64,000 nucleotides of DNA from Octopus sinensis (lineage: Eukaryota), in NCBI RefSeq assembly GCF_006345805.1, contig NC_043022.1, positions 9,052,001-9,116,000 of the forward strand. Direction: 5' to 3'. Under the pieces are notes generated by a model, which was not told the DNA's origin, did no database searches, and saw nothing but the letters and a program-made list of their open reading frames with translations. Position numbers and translations under genes: made by a program. Positions 39,653 through 54,776 of the stretch are shown piece after piece. How positions within the stretch are numbered: the stretch's first letter is position 1; each line of letters begins with the position of its first letter.

Positions 39653-40681
39653 GTCACAGTTTAATCTATAATCCAGTTTAATACAACCACCTCCACTTTG
39701 TCCCTTGAAGTGTGATGGGTTTCAGCGTAGCCTTAGTGGAGTAGACTTAATCTATTGCTTAGTTTAATGGCACCTCATGCACCATCAGGCCTTAGGGTGT
39801 CTCAAGCAAAGTCCTCTGGGGATAATAGACCTAATCTGTTCCATTTTAGCATCACAGCCACTACCTGATCCTTGGACTAGACAATTGTCATGCTGATGAC
39901 AGCTATTGAGCTAGAAACATGTCCCTGTGACTGTCCTTATCTCAAGACAATAAGCCTGTCATTTCCTTTAACGGCACTTCAACTTTGGAGAATTCTTGAG
40001 ATCATCTCCCATTCTCATAGAACTGTTCTCAATTGCTGAGACACATTCTCTAGAAGTGGAGGTCATTTTAATAAGTCATTAACTTATGTTGTATAGTATT
40101 TGATATACCTGCATTTATTTATGTTTTTCAAATACATGTCACTGACCACTCTGAGTGGTCTTAGCTCATTTTTGTTTAAATCATGCAAACACCTGGGCCA
40201 TAAATGTATTGTACTCTTTTTTGTACGAGTCTAACTCCCTTGGCTTCTAGTTCATGGGCGTTTTTAGCAAAACCCTTTTTCTTTTTACCTTTATAATCAT
40301 CTGGACCATATCCCCAGTCTGAGGACAGATAACTCTAAATCTTGTGGTATAGCATCAGACTACAACAAAACAAGTATCATTGTTTCTTCCTTTCTTTTTC
40401 CTCCGACCATCACCTCAGAGACGCCCACTAAAAATACCTTTTATTTCTTATCCATTAACTGTTTCAATCATTAGGCTTTTGCCATGCTGGAGCACCATCT
40501 GGAAGAATTTTTTGATTGAATGAATCAAGCTCAGTACTTTGTTTTGTTTTTCTTTTAATCCTGGTACTTATTCTCTCTGTCTCTTTTGTTGAGGTGCTCT
40601 GTTAAGGGGACATAAACACACCAACACCAGTTGACAAGTGGTGGTGGGGAACAAAGACAGACACAAAAACACACACATAGG

Positions 40682-40754
<73 letters not shown>

Positions 40755-41469
40755 ATATATATATATATATACGATGGGCTTCTTTCAGTTTCCATCTACC
40801 CAATCCATTCACAAGGCTTTGGTTGGCCTGAGGCTATAGTACAAGACATTTTCCCAAGGTGCCACGCAGTAGAACTGAACTTGGAACCATGTGATTGGGA
40901 AGCACACTTCATACCACACAACCATGCATGCACTTATATGTATGTAAAAAAAAAAAAAAGCAAACACAAAAAAAAAACAGTAGGATTGAACCCACAACCA
41001 TATGGTTGTAAAGTGAATTCCTTAATAGCACAAGCATGGCCTGTGTGCATTATCATCATCATTATTTTAGTGTCTAGTTTCCCAGGAATTCATTAAATAT
41101 AGATTTTCTTCAGCTGATGTATAAGCACAACACATTCTTAGCAACCATATGGAAGGGGCAGTAGTTCTAAATAGGAACTGACTTAAATAGAACGACCCAT
41201 CCAGCATCCACCAGCATGGAAAGCACACAAACGATGATGATGATGATGATGAGAAAGAGGAGGAGGATGTGGCTGTTGGATGTGTATGTGTGCGTGTGGA
41301 CACACAGAGCAACAGCTACAGTTCTTGTCATAAAATGGTATTTTCACATTGTCGATATATTAATAAAAATTAAATGTGATCAATTTCTACAAACACACAT
41401 ATACATATATGCATGCACATATAAATACATATACATGTACATACACATACACATATTTATATACATATA

Positions 41470-41524
<55 letters not shown>

Positions 41525-41874
41525 ACATATACATGTACATACACACACACATATACATATTTATATACATACAGACAATCCATATACATGATTACACACA
41601 CACATACAAATATATTTACAACTTTATAATCATGAATGGCTGCTGATTTTTCAGATTATGTAAAATAATCCTTCCAGCTCAACCATGGAAACTATTTTAT
41701 CAGCTAAACTAATTAAGATATGTTACAAATAAGACAGCTCACTAAATCCCTCTTAAATAGACTGAAACATTTAATTAGTTTACTGAGTAAAAAGTATGAA
41801 AAGATAAACGTTGGAAAAATATCATTTAGATTTTAACTGTCTCCTCTTTTAACCCTTTCCAATAAGCTAAATCG

Positions 41875-43018
41875 TTATCATGCCTGGAAAAATGCTCAGC
41901 AGTATTTATCCTGATTCAAGGTGGCGAGCTGGCAGAAACGTTAGCACGCCGGGCAAAATGCTTAGCGGTATTTCGTCTGTTGTTACGTTCTGAGTTCAAA
42001 TTCCGCCGAGGTCAACTTTGTCTTTCATCCTTTTGGAGTCGATAAATTAAGTACCAGTTATGCATTGGGGTCAATGTAATCCGTTTGTCTGTCCTTGTTT
42101 GTCCCCTCTGTGTTTAGCCCCTTGCGGGTAGTAAAGAAATAGGTATTTATCCTGACTTTATGTTCTGAGTCCAGATGCACTTTGCATCCTTTCTGGGTTG
42201 ATAAAATAAGTACCAGTAAAACACTGGAGTCGATGTAATCACCCTCCTTTGAAACCATTATTATTATTATTATTATTAATAAGGCAACAAGCTGGCAGAA
42301 TCATGAGCAAGCTGGACCAAATGCTTAGCAGAATTCATTTTGGCTCTTTAATTCTGAGTCCAGTGTTGACATCAGTTCTAGGATCAATGTAATCAACTTA
42401 CCCACTCCTCCTAAAATTGCTGGCCTTGAGCAAAAATTTGAAACTATTAATATTATTATCATTATTGAGAGAGCAGCACAAGCCATCAAAGTGACACTGG
42501 GGTAAAATATATGACACCCAATATACCCATCATGACTACCTATCTGATAAGAGTACACCAGGCAACACAATCATATGTGCACAACATGGTGAGCTTATAT
42601 CAAGATAAACAGCATATGACCTTGCAGGTGGGGCCCAGTTACAGTTTTCTTCAGGTCGACTAGCCCATCCCACTCAAAGGTCCCTAAATAAGGTTTGTTT
42701 AAGGATGATGAACAAAACACCCATGTCTCCAGAGGTGAATTATTCAAATCCTAAAGAATTCCTCTCAACACATGGCTATGATGCTCCCCCACTACTTCTA
42801 CTTATGATCAGAGATGCACATATCATCAGCCACTAAGGGACATGCTCAGTTGGTTGAAGTCAAGCAACTGACAAGCAAATCTGTGGTATGGAGCAGAATA
42901 TTTGCTGTAGCTCATCTTTTATACCAAGACAAAACTTTGTATATGATAACACTTCCAATCAGTTAAGATTAAAAGCCATGAGAGCCAGTGCTTAGTATTG
43001 CATTATTATTATTATTAA

Positions 43019-43049
<31 letters not shown>

Positions 43050-44027
43050 GCATAAAGTTTTCCCTGACCCCACTCAGGGTCCATAGTCTCACAAGGTGCA
43101 TGGAAACCTCACTAGTGCTGGTAGCAGGAAAAAAAGTACTCTGTACATGCTGTAAAGTGGTTAGCATTAGGAAGGGCATCCAACAGTTAAGGTGGTAAGC
43201 TGGTAGAATTGTTAGCATGCTTAGTGGTATTTCGTCCGTCTTCATGTTCTTGAGTTCAAATACTGCTGAGATCAACCTTGCCTTTCAACCTTTTGGGGTC
43301 CCCACCCCCAAAATTTCAGGCCTTGTACCCATGTTAAAAAGTATTATTATTGGCAGCAAGCTGGCAGAATTGTTTGCATGCCTTACAAAATTCTTGGCAG
43401 TATTTCTTCTGGCTTCATATTTTGTACTCAAATTCCACTGGGGTCAACTTTGCCTTTTATTCTTTCAGGGTTGATAAAATAAGTGCCAGTTGAGCACTGG
43501 GGATGGTGTAAATGAGAAACTCCCACCTCCAAAATTTCAGCCCTTATTCCTATAATAGAAAGGTAGCAAGCTGGTAGAACCATCAGCATTTCAGACATAA
43601 TGCATAGTGGCATCTTTTCTGGCTCTTCATGTCCTGAGTTTAAATTCAGCCGAGATCAACTTTGCTTTCCATCCTTTCAGAGTTGATAAAATAAGTACCA
43701 GTTAAGCACTACCAAAACACTTTCAGGCATAGTGTCTATAATAGAAAGAATTATTTAAGGTGCTGAGCTGGTAGAATCATTACCACTTCAGACATAACAC
43801 TTCCTCTTTTACTCTTTTATTTGTTTCAGTCATTTGATTGCGGCCATGCTGGAGCACTGCTTCTTAGTCAAACAAATCAACCCCAGGACTTATTCTTTAT
43901 AAGCCTAGTACTTATTCTATTGGCCTCTTTTGCTGAACTACTAAGTTATGGGAACATAAACACACTAACATCAGTTGTCAAGCAATGGTAGGAGGACAAA
44001 CACAGACACAAAAACATTTACATATAC

Positions 44028-44114
<87 letters not shown>

Positions 44115-44640
44115 GATGGGTTTCTTTCAGTTTCCATCTACCAAATCCACTCACAAGGCTTTGGTCAGCCCAAAGTTATAGTAGAAGACACTTGCCCAAG
44201 GTGCCAGGCAGTGGGACTGAACCTGGAGCCATGTGGTTGGTAAGCAAGCTACTTACTCCACAGCCACTCCTGCACCTAGCAGCAATTTTAAAAAACTTTC
44301 AGGCCTTGTGCTCATAGCAGAAAGGATCATCATCATCATCATCATCATGAAAGTAAGAAGCTGGCAGAATCATAAGCACTTCAGACATAATGCTTAACAA
44401 CAATCTTTCCAGCTCTTTACATTCTGAGTTTGAATTCTGCCTTGATCAACTTTGCTTTCCATCCTTTTGGGATCGATAAAATAAGTACCAGTTGAGCACT
44501 GGGGTCATTTTAATTCATTAGCCCCTCCCCCAAACATTCAGGCCCTTGTGTTCATAGCAGAAAGGATCATCATCATCATGATGAAGGTAGCAAGCTGGTA
44601 GAATCGTTAGCATGTCAGACAAATTACTTAGCAGCATTCC
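41875..44640 (+). mobile_element. Large cluster of ~10 family B SINEs with nested B1, family A (43803-44278) and other retroposon fragments
   Basis: Recurrent aagctggcagaatc / gagttcaaat / catccttttggggtcgataaaataagtacc motifs, all on the plus strand. Confidence 0.85.
42469..43003 (-). mobile_element. Probable retroposon 3' fragment inserted in (TAA)n
   Basis: Complex, GC-richer block bounded on both sides by (ATT)n; only one copy in the window, so the family is not confirmed. Confidence 0.35.
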
Positions 44641-46319
44641 TTGTAACTCTTTATGGTATGTCTGTCTGTCTGTCTATGCATGTTAATGATAAAGCAAACA
44701 TCCATGGTGGAACTAATGAGAAATCTACAGCTACAAAACCTGGACTGTAACTTTTGATTTACACCTGTAATTATTGGGAGTCATTTGGTTATGTAATTAA
44801 CTGCCTCATTACCAGTCTTAAAAGTTTGAGGTCCACAAAATCAGGAAGGACATGGCTAATTAGAATTAGAGTAGAAGTACTAGTTATTAATGGAACTACT
44901 AGGAATTCGTGTAAAACATTCCAGATGTGTAACACTGAAGGATGTAGACATAAGTATACGCATAGAGATTTATGTAATGTGTTTGTGTGTGTCAGAATGT
45001 AGAGATTCACATATGTAAAGCCATGCATGCATAAAAACATGCATGGTCACAAATATGTAAGTGTGAAGGGTAGTTATATCACTGTGTGTATGTGCATATC
45101 TGTCTCTCCCTATATATATTATATATATATATATATATGTATATATAAACTTGGATGATGATATCTAAATCCAATGGAGGAGCATTGTTTGTTGATTGAA
45201 GACTTTTTGATGAGAAATTTGAGAAATGAAATAGGAACTGATATATAAAAATAAAATTATATATTAGCAATCACACACAAACTGTATGTGTATGTATGTA
45301 TACTCTTTTACTTGTTTCAGTCATTTGACTGTGGCCATGCTGGAGCATTGCCTTTAGTCGAGCGAATCGACCCCAGGACTTATTCTTTGTAAGCCTAGTA
45401 CTTATTTTATCAGTCACTTTTGCCGAACCGCTACATTACGGGGATGTATGTGTGTATGTCTTTTATCTCTGTAGCTTGTTTCTTTTCATTGGACTGTGGC
45501 CATGCTGTGTCTGCCTTCAAGGGCTTTTAGTCGAACAGATCGACGCTGGCATTTATTTTAATGTCTGGTACTTGGCCTGTCAGTATCTTAAGCCACACTA
45601 TTAAGTTACAGGGATGTAAACTAACTAACACCAGTTACCAAGTAGTGGTGTTGAGAGACACACACAAACTGGCTTTTTCCCGTTTCCATCTATCAAATCC
45701 ACTTGAAAGTTTTTGGTTAATCCAGGGCTTATAGTAGAAGCAATGCACATGTGCAAAGAGAGCTGCAACCATGCATTTAAGAAAGCTATTCATTTAGATC
45801 AAAAGGATCAAACCCTAGGCTCGTAACACAAGTTTCCTGGATTCTGTGGCATATATATCCCCTTCTGGACAGGATGCCAGCCCATCACAGGATTACTCAT
45901 TTTTATCAGTTGAATGGACTGAAGCAACATGAAATGAACTGTTTTATTCTTGAACACAATGCATTGCCTGGTCCAGGAATTGAAGCCACAATCCTATGAT
46001 CATGAATGCAACACCCTGAACTCTAAGCTATGCACCTCTACTTATGCATACATACAAGATATTGGTTTCAAATTTTGGCACAAGGCCAAAAATTCTGTGG
46101 GAGGGGGTAAGTTGATTTCATTGTCCCCAGTACTCAACTGGTACTTGTTTTATTGACCCCCAGCAGAATGAAAAGCAAAGTCAACTCTTGTTGATAGCAT
46201 CTGAACTCAAAAGACTGAAGAAATGCTACTAAGCATTTTGTCCGGCATTTTAATACTTCTGCCAGCTCGACACATAAAAAATATTAACACACATACCTAC
46301 AAAACTATATATATATATA

Positions 46320-46460
46320 GGGAGAGTTTACAAAAAAAAAAAGAAAGACGAAGACAGATGGTGTACAAAACAAACAGATGTATTAGTATAACGCTCAGGA
46401 ATAGAAAAAGTCTTTTATGTTTTGAGCCTACGCTCTTCTACAGAAAGGGACACAGAAAAC
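46320..46460 (-). mobile_element. H1 hammerhead-bearing element (motif 46412-46447)
   Basis: Minus strand cttt-CTGTAGA-a-gagc-gtag-gctc-AAAA-CAT-a-aaag; abuts (TA)n at the ctccc end. Confidence 0.65.
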
Positions 46461-46770
46461 ACAGACACACACACACGTGCATAAAATAATATACACACAT
46501 AGAAAACTACATCATATGAACAAAAATATACTTAGAAACTATACATTAACACAAATATACTTGCAACAATACATACAAACAGAATTATGTGAATTGACAC
46601 ACATACATATAGATGTAGGCACAGACATGGCTGTGTGGTAAGAAGCTTGCTACCTAACCACATGGTTCCAGATTCAGTCCCACTGCAGGCACCTTGGGCA
46701 AGTATCACCTACTATAGCCACAGGTTGACCAAAAGTGGATTTGGTAGATGGAAATTGAAAAAGGTCTGTC

Positions 46771-46817
<47 letters not shown>

Positions 46818-47181
46818 CTCCAACTACCACTTGGCAACTAGTGTTGGTGTATTTACATCCCTGTAACTTGGCAGTTCATCAAAAGAGGCCGATAGAATAA
46901 GTACCAGGCTTAAAATAAATAAGTACTGGGATAGCATCATTTGACTAAAAATTCTTCACATCAGTGCTCCAGCATGACCACAATCTAATGACTGAACAAG
47001 TGAGAGATAAAAGATACATGCATACACACACACATACATACATATATGCACATGCATGTGTGTGTACTGCATACAGGTTCAACTCTGCACTTTACATGTT
47101 TCACTTTCCGTCTCTCTTGCATACACTCATATACACTCTGCATATAGGATAAAGTTTATTACATTTTACAACATATATATA

Positions 47182-47226
<45 letters not shown>

Positions 47227-47418
47227 CATGCACACACACATATATCTAGATATGCACATGCATATAAATATATAGGCATGCATATACATATATATATCTA
47301 GATGTGCATATATATATATATATACATAAATATATATCATATGTATATATATATACATAAATACATATATACATACATATATATATATACATTCATACAT
47401 ATATATATTCATACATGC

Positions 47419-47449
<31 letters not shown>

Positions 47450-47478
47450 CATACATATACATTCATACATACACACAC

Positions 47479-47551
<73 letters not shown>

Positions 47552-47653
47552 CATGCATGGACATAAACACACATACACACAATGCATATAGGGTCAACTT
47601 TATTACATTTTACATGCCCCTTTTTCTCTTTCTCTCTTCCTCTTTCCCTCCCC

Positions 47654-47690
<37 letters not shown>

Positions 47691-48851
47691 TCAACCATCC
47701 CTGCATCTATACATGATGGTTACTGAAATGTAAATAATGACTCAATGATTGCAGCATTGGTTTTGAATGCTCATTTATTCACTTTGTGTAAATACAATAA
47801 ACTACTCTAATACAACAACAACAACAGCAACAACAACAACAACAGCAACAACAACAACAACAGCAACAGCAACAGCAATGATGACGACAACAACAACGAA
47901 AACAACAGTCATTTCATTCTCGCTTCATTGCTTTGTGGTGGTGGTAGTAATTGTTGTTATTGTGTTGTTGTTCAGTGTTGATTTTTAAGGAGTTTCCTTA
48001 CCTCACCTTAGTAAATCTCTACTGACCAACCAACCAAGCAGGCAGCTGGGATTTAAACGAAATAATAAAAAGTGTGTGATGGTGATGGTGGCAGGTCAAT
48101 GGGCAAAAAAGAGAAGAAAAAAATAATGAAGAAATATTTATTATATTTTTAAGTTTGTTATTTTGTTTTCATGCTTCAGCCATTTTAGGGGTCTTTTTCT
48201 TTTAGTGGGAAGGGAGATTTTCATTTTCATTCTTTTGCTTTACAAATATCATCATTATCATATAGATAGATTGATAGATAGATAGATAGATAGATAGATA
48301 AATGGCATGTATATGTATGTGTCTATATTTCTGTATATTTGTGCATCCAAATATGTAAGTATGATCATCATCATTTAACAACCATGTTCCATGCTGGCTT
48401 GGGTTACATAGTTTAATGGATCTTATATCCCAAAGGACTGCATTTTACTCCAGTGTCTGCTGTGACATGGTTTCTACGGCTGGATGTCCTTCCTAAAGCT
48501 AATCACTTTACAGCATGGACAGGGTGCTTTTCTCCTGCTACCAGCACTAGTGAAATTTCCACGCACCTTGTGAGACTATGGATTCTGAGTGGGGACAAGA
48601 GGAACCTTATGCAATGAGAATAAGGTGTAGAGATGGGTAAATCATCATCATCATCATCGTTTAGCGTTCGCTTTCCATGCTAGCATGGGTTGGATGGTTC
48701 AACTAGGGTCTGGGAAGCCAGAAGACTGCACCAGGCCCAGTCTGATCTGGCAGTGTTTCTACGGCTGGATGCCCTTCCTAACGCCAACCACTCCATGAGT
48801 ATAGTGGGTGGAGAGAAAGGGCAAGAGCAAAATAGATTTCTTGCTGTCGTA

Positions 48852-49349
48852 CAGTGGTTCCCAACAGGAGTCCATATGATCCTTGGGGGTGCATATAAGA
48901 TTTTGTTATTAAAATTTATGAGCAATGAATTGGTTACACTTCTGCAATACACAAAATATTTTAACAATTTTTTAAATACAATTTCTAATAATATTTATTT
49001 ATAAAAATATAATGGGAGTTTTTAAACATTAAAGGTGCAAGTTTGGCTTTGTGGTAAGAAGATCATTTCTCAACCTCATTGTTCTAGGTTCACTTTCACC
49101 GTGTAGCATTTTGGGCAAGTGTCTTCTATTATAGCGTTGGGCAGTAGATTTGGTAGACGGAAACTGAAAGAAGTCCTTTATATAAATGTGGCTGTGTGGT
49201 AAGTAGCTTGTTTACCAACCACATGGTTCCGGGTTCAGTCCCACTGCGTGGCATATTGGGCAAGTGTCTTCTACTATAGCTTCGGGCTGACCAAAGCCTT
49301 GTGAGTGGATTTGGTAGATGGAAACTGAAAGAAGCCCGTCGTATATATG

Positions 49350-49380
<31 letters not shown>

Positions 49381-49930
49381 ACGTGTATGTTTGTGTGTCT
49401 GTGTTTGTCCCCCTAGTATTGCTTGACAACCGATGCTGGTGTGTTTACGTCCCCGTCACTTAGCGGTTTGGCAAAAGAGACCGATAGAATAAGTACTGGG
49501 CTTACAAAGAATAAGTCCCGGGTGTCGAGTTGCTCAATTAAAGGTGGTGCTCCAGCGTGGCCGCAGTCAAATGACTGAAAGAAGTAAAAGAGAAAAAGAG
49601 AATATATATGTGCCTGTGTCCTTGTGTTTGTCTCCTAATGCCACTTGACAACCAGTGTTGGTGTGTTTACATCCCTGTAACTTAGCAGTTCAACAAAAGA
49701 AACCAGTAAAATAAGAACCAGGCTTACAAAGAAGATACATACTGGGGTCGATAGGTTCAACTAAGATTCCTCAAGGTGGTGCCCCAGCATGGCCATAGTC
49801 TGATGACTGAAACAAATAAAAGACTGAACAGCTATGGGAGTCTATCATCACCATCATCATTATCATCATCTAGTACAGTAAAATAGGAATCAAAGGGGTG
49901 AATAAGTAAAACATGGTTGACAAACACTAT
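48852..49930 (-). mobile_element. hAT-like MITE containing an old family A SINE, which itself contains a young family A SINE (49187-49601)
   Basis: MITE halves at 48852-49030 and 49825-49930 flank two nested SINEs. Confidence 0.7.
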
Positions 49931-50970
49931 TGTAGTGGAATGGCATGACCACTTACGTTTTGGAAGGGATGGGGCTCGAAAGTGATGTAAGTGGTGATGA
50001 AGTGTTAGGGGGGACTTTCAAGGTATGAGTGAAACAGAGGTGTCAGGTAAGAGTTGGCGGAGTAGGGTATGTCTAATAGTGTGGGCAGCAGGAAGAAATG
50101 GAAATGATGATAGTGTAAAGAGGGGCACAAATGAAATGGTATGCTGACAGTTTAGGGGTTGCAGGGGTGGATGAGGAAGAGAAAGAGAGAGGGGGAGGGG
50201 ATCTTATTCTTGTACTCGATTTCAATCATTAGAGTGTGGCCATGATGGAGCACCACTTTGAAGAGTTTAGTTGAACAAATTGACCCCAGAAATTTTTTTT
50301 CTTATAAATGTCTGTTATTTATTTTACCAGTCTCTATTGCTGAATTGTTGAATTGTAAGGTTACAGGGACACAAACAAACCAATGTAGATTGTCAAGGTA
50401 TGGGAAGGGGAGATACAAACACTGACACACTTGTATCTGTGTCTGTGTTTATGCACAGTTTCCATCTACCAAATTCACTCAAAGCACTGACCGCCCTATG
50501 GGCCCATAGTAGAAGACACTTGTCCAGTGGGACAGAACCCAAAACCATGTGGTTGCAAAGTAATCTTCTTAACCACACAGCCATGCCTGCACCTATACTA
50601 TGTACATATATTTTGTTTAATATTCTGTGTTTATTTTACTAATCCTATATCTCTGTTGCATGTGTTTTCAGCTGAAAGACCTTACTTTGTCTTGTTTTCT
50701 CTAGTACTTTCCAGATGAGTGATTCCAAAATTTTTCAAACTGCTGAAAGCATAATGACTTTGGTTTAACTCTTGACTGATGTAATGGGTTTATCCATGTC
50801 TGCTTTTTTGTACTTTCCATTAATTTTGTCATACATTCACTATTATTTTGATTATGTATATATACATATATATATATATACATATATATACATATACATA
50901 TATATATGTATATGTATATGTATATACATATACATATATATTATATATATATATATAATAATATATATAC

Positions 50971-51011
<41 letters not shown>

Positions 51012-51174
51012 TATATACATATACATATATACATACATGTATATACATATATACATACATATATACATATACATACATATATATATCATCATCATCATCA
51101 TCAGTTAGCGTCCGTTTTCCATGCTAGCATGGGTTGGACTATACACATATATATATACATATATATATATATAT

Positions 51175-51985
51175 GTAAGTACCTTGAGAGAAAAGCTGGA
51201 CCTAAGAAGCATCAGTTGTGGTGTGCAAGAGAGACGTTTGCGCTGGTATGGTCATGTGGCGAGAATGGATGAAGATAGTTGTGTGAAAAAGTGCCACACC
51301 CTAGCGGTTGAGGAACCTGTGGAAGAGGCAGACCCAGGAAAACTTGGGACGAGGTGGTGTGAAGCACGACCTTCGAACTTTAGGTCTCACTGAGGAAATG
51401 ACTAGAGACCGAGACCTCTGGAAGTGTGCTGTGCGCGAGAAGACCCGGCAGGACAAGTGAGTCCACAACCCGTGGCCTTCTACATGGGATGGAGCCAGCC
51501 TACGTATGCATACCTTCCCTTCTTGGGACACAAAACTCTACTTGTGAAGACGTGTTGAGGCAAGTGAGGATCAGAATCGAAATCGATCAATGGAATCGAT
51601 CAATGGAATCGATCAATGGAAATTGCAGATGTGTTACCAGTGCCGGTGGCATGTAAGAGAACTTTCCGTTTCCGCGACCGTTGCCAGCACCGCCCCGTTT
51701 CGTGTCCGTTGCCAGCCTCGCCTGGCCCTCGTGCCGGTGGCACATAAAAAGCACCATCCGTTCGTGGCCGTTTGCCAGCTCTGTCTGGCACCAGTGTGGG
51801 TGGCACGTAAAAAGCACCCACTACACTCACGGAGTGGTTGGCGTTAGGAAGGGCATCCAGCCGTAGAAACACTGCCAGATTTGACTGGGCCTGATGAAGC
51901 CTTCTGGCTTCACAGACCCCAGTAGAACCGTCCAACCCATGCTAGCATGGAAAACGGATGCTAAATGATGATGATGATGATGATG
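51175..51985 (+). mobile_element. 5'-truncated RTE-clade LINE: ORF C-terminus (51175-51460), 3'UTR and (GAT)n tail
   Basis: [93 protein letters not shown] (with frameshifts); identifies the ubiquitous (GAT)n-tailed repeat as this LINE's 3'UTR. Confidence 0.9.
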
Positions 51986-52005
51986 ATATATATATACATA
52001 CATAC

Positions 52006-52066
<61 letters not shown>

Positions 52067-52091
52067 TATATACATACATATATATATATAT

Positions 52092-52122
<31 letters not shown>

Positions 52123-52289
52123 CATACAGACATACATACACACACACACACACATACAAATACATAAAGAAAATAAGAGAGAAAGAAATTTGCCTGTGCA
52201 TGTGTGTGTGTGTCTGTATTTACATATGATCATATACTTTTAAAAATGAAACTTTTAGAAAAAAATACCTATATATGTATTTATAACAA

Positions 52290-52325
<36 letters not shown>

Positions 52326-53244
52326 ATATATACATCTAAATATATATAGATATATATATAGGCTCTCTCTCAAATCAACATGGATCATTGATAATGATAG
52401 AGAAAGGGGGTTTCTGCATTATATTCAAGGGAAAATGCTAGGATTCTTTTTACCTCTATTGATGACGATGCTGTGGGGTGGGGATGGGGGAAAGACCTGT
52501 TTCTATGACCAATTAATCTTATTTCAAATATCATTGTAAGAGATGAACAATATACCAAACAACAAAACATAACAAAACACTTTTATATGCTGTTATGGAT
52601 TTATTCTATCTTTTTTTGTTTTGATATTCCACCATCTTCTTCTGTGGATGTCTTCTTCCCTATTGTTGTTGATAACAGAAAAAATAAATGTAAATGTAAA
52701 GCCTATATGAGTGTACATGTAAACATGTGGATATATTTATATGTACATGCATATTTATATATCTATATATATATATGTGTGTGTGTATGTATATGTGTAT
52801 GTATCTGTGTAAGTATGTATGTATGCGTGTATGTATGTATGTATGTATGTGTGTATGTATGTGTGTATGTATGTATGTGTCTGTATGTATGTATGTATGT
52901 ATGTATGTGTGTATGTATGTATGTATGTATGTGTGTATGTATGTATGTGTCTGTATGTATGTATGCATGTATGTATATGTTGTAGATGTTCATATTAACA
53001 CTCACATATATATATATCTGAAACAACTAGATTTGATGTGTATATAAACAGATAGGTCACTTGTTTCTAAGGGAATGGTCAAGTAAGGTTGCCACCTCAC
53101 ATGAAACTCCAGTAAAGGTCGAAAATTGATTAATGCTGTTCATAATTTTTTTCAATCTGCAGAAAAAATAGGTAAAAATGAAGATGTTTGTATGTCTATC
53201 ACATAAGTTACATACATATATATGTATGTGTGTGTGTCTGTGTA

Positions 53245-53793
53245 GTCAAGCCAAGTGAAATCATAGTTGTGGCCATTGTTGGTGTCATGTAAGTGGCACC
53301 CATGCTGGTGGAACATATAGGGCACCTTTCAAGCGTCGGGCCTCACAGATACAATGTGGCCGATGCCCGTGTCACATAACTGGCACCCATGCCCATGGCT
53401 CATAAAAGGCACCTTTTAAGCGTCGGGCCTCACGAAGGCAATGTGGCTGATGCCCGTGTCACGTAACTAGAACCTGTGCCTATGGCATATAAAAAGGTAC
53501 CTTTCAAGTGTTTGGTGTCATGGAGACAAGGACAAATGACCAAGGCCTTCAGCAATATGTTGTGCTTGAAAAGAAGACCCGGCAAGCCAAGTGAAACCAT
53601 AGTCGTGGCAGATGCTGGTGTCACGTAAAAGCACCCATTACACTCTCAGAGTGGTTGGCACTAGGAAGAGCATCCAGGCATAGAAACCATGCCAAATCAG
53701 ATTGGAATCTGGTGCAGCCCCTCAGTTTACCAGCTCTGGTCAAACTGTCCAACCCATATCAGTATGGACAATGGACATTAAATGATGATGATG
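53245..53793 (+). mobile_element. Diverged RTE 3' fragment with internal repeats
   Basis: gaagacccggcaagccaagtga ORF end, 3'UTR and gatgatg tail. Confidence 0.75.
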
Positions 53794-54266
53794 ACATAAG
53801 AATAATATAAAACAAGGATGGAGGATATCAGGCTTTAATAATAGATCACAACATTTGTTTCTGCACTGCACCCAAGCTTTAGGTTGCTAAAATTATACTC
53901 ACATACCATTATTAAAGATTATTCAAAGAGTAATCTTGAAAAGTCTTTTAAAATTACTATATAACTGAATATTTTTGCAACAGCAGTCTTGTGTGGGCAC
54001 TTGATCAGGTGGAATATAATTAATTCCAATAAAATGCAAGTTACAAGGTTTTTATCCGAATTATACTAAAGATACGTACTCAACTGAGTGTGCAAATGAA
54101 AGTAGCACTCAATATGCTTGACTTGAAATTTCAGGGACACTTAAGATACATTGACTTCATCAGGTTTACGAGCAGAGGGAAAATTATGAGAAATTCAAGA
54201 AGGTTTCTAGACCATATGGCTGAGAAGTAAACTTCTTAACCACACTCTCATACCTGCATTTATAGC

Positions 54267-54776
54267 CATCATCATCATCATCGTTTAACGTCCGCTTTCC
54301 ATGCTAGCATGGGTTGGATGATTTTGACTGAAGGCTGGTGAGCCAGATGGCTGCACCAGGTTCCAATCTTGATCTGGCAGAGTTTCTACAGCTGGATGCC
54401 CTTCCTAATACCAACTACTCCGAGAGTGTAGTGAGTGCTTTTTATGTGCCACCGGCACGGGGGCCAGTCAGGAGGTACTGGCAATGACCTCACTTGAATC
54501 TTTTTACACGTGCCAGTGAAGCGACGTCGGTAACGATCACGCTCGAATGGTGCTTTTTTACGTGCCACGGGTACGGAAGCCAGTTGGCTGCTCTGGCAAC
54601 GATCACGCTCGGATGGTGCTCTTGGCACCCTACTAGCACAGGCATAAGTGCCAGTAAGGCAATGTTGGCAACGATCATACTCGAATAGCTGCTCTGTCAA
54701 TGATCACACTCGTATGGTGCTCTTTGCACCCGTCATCGAATTGATTTTGATTTTGATTTCACTTGCCTCAACAGGT
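54267..54776 (-). mobile_element. RTE LINE 3'UTR copy
   Basis: Same 3'UTR, extending back to cacttgcctcaacagg. Confidence 0.85.

Noticed and set aside
51175-51460. Active LINE
   Set aside because: 5'-truncated, frameshifted, and lacking RT/EN domains.
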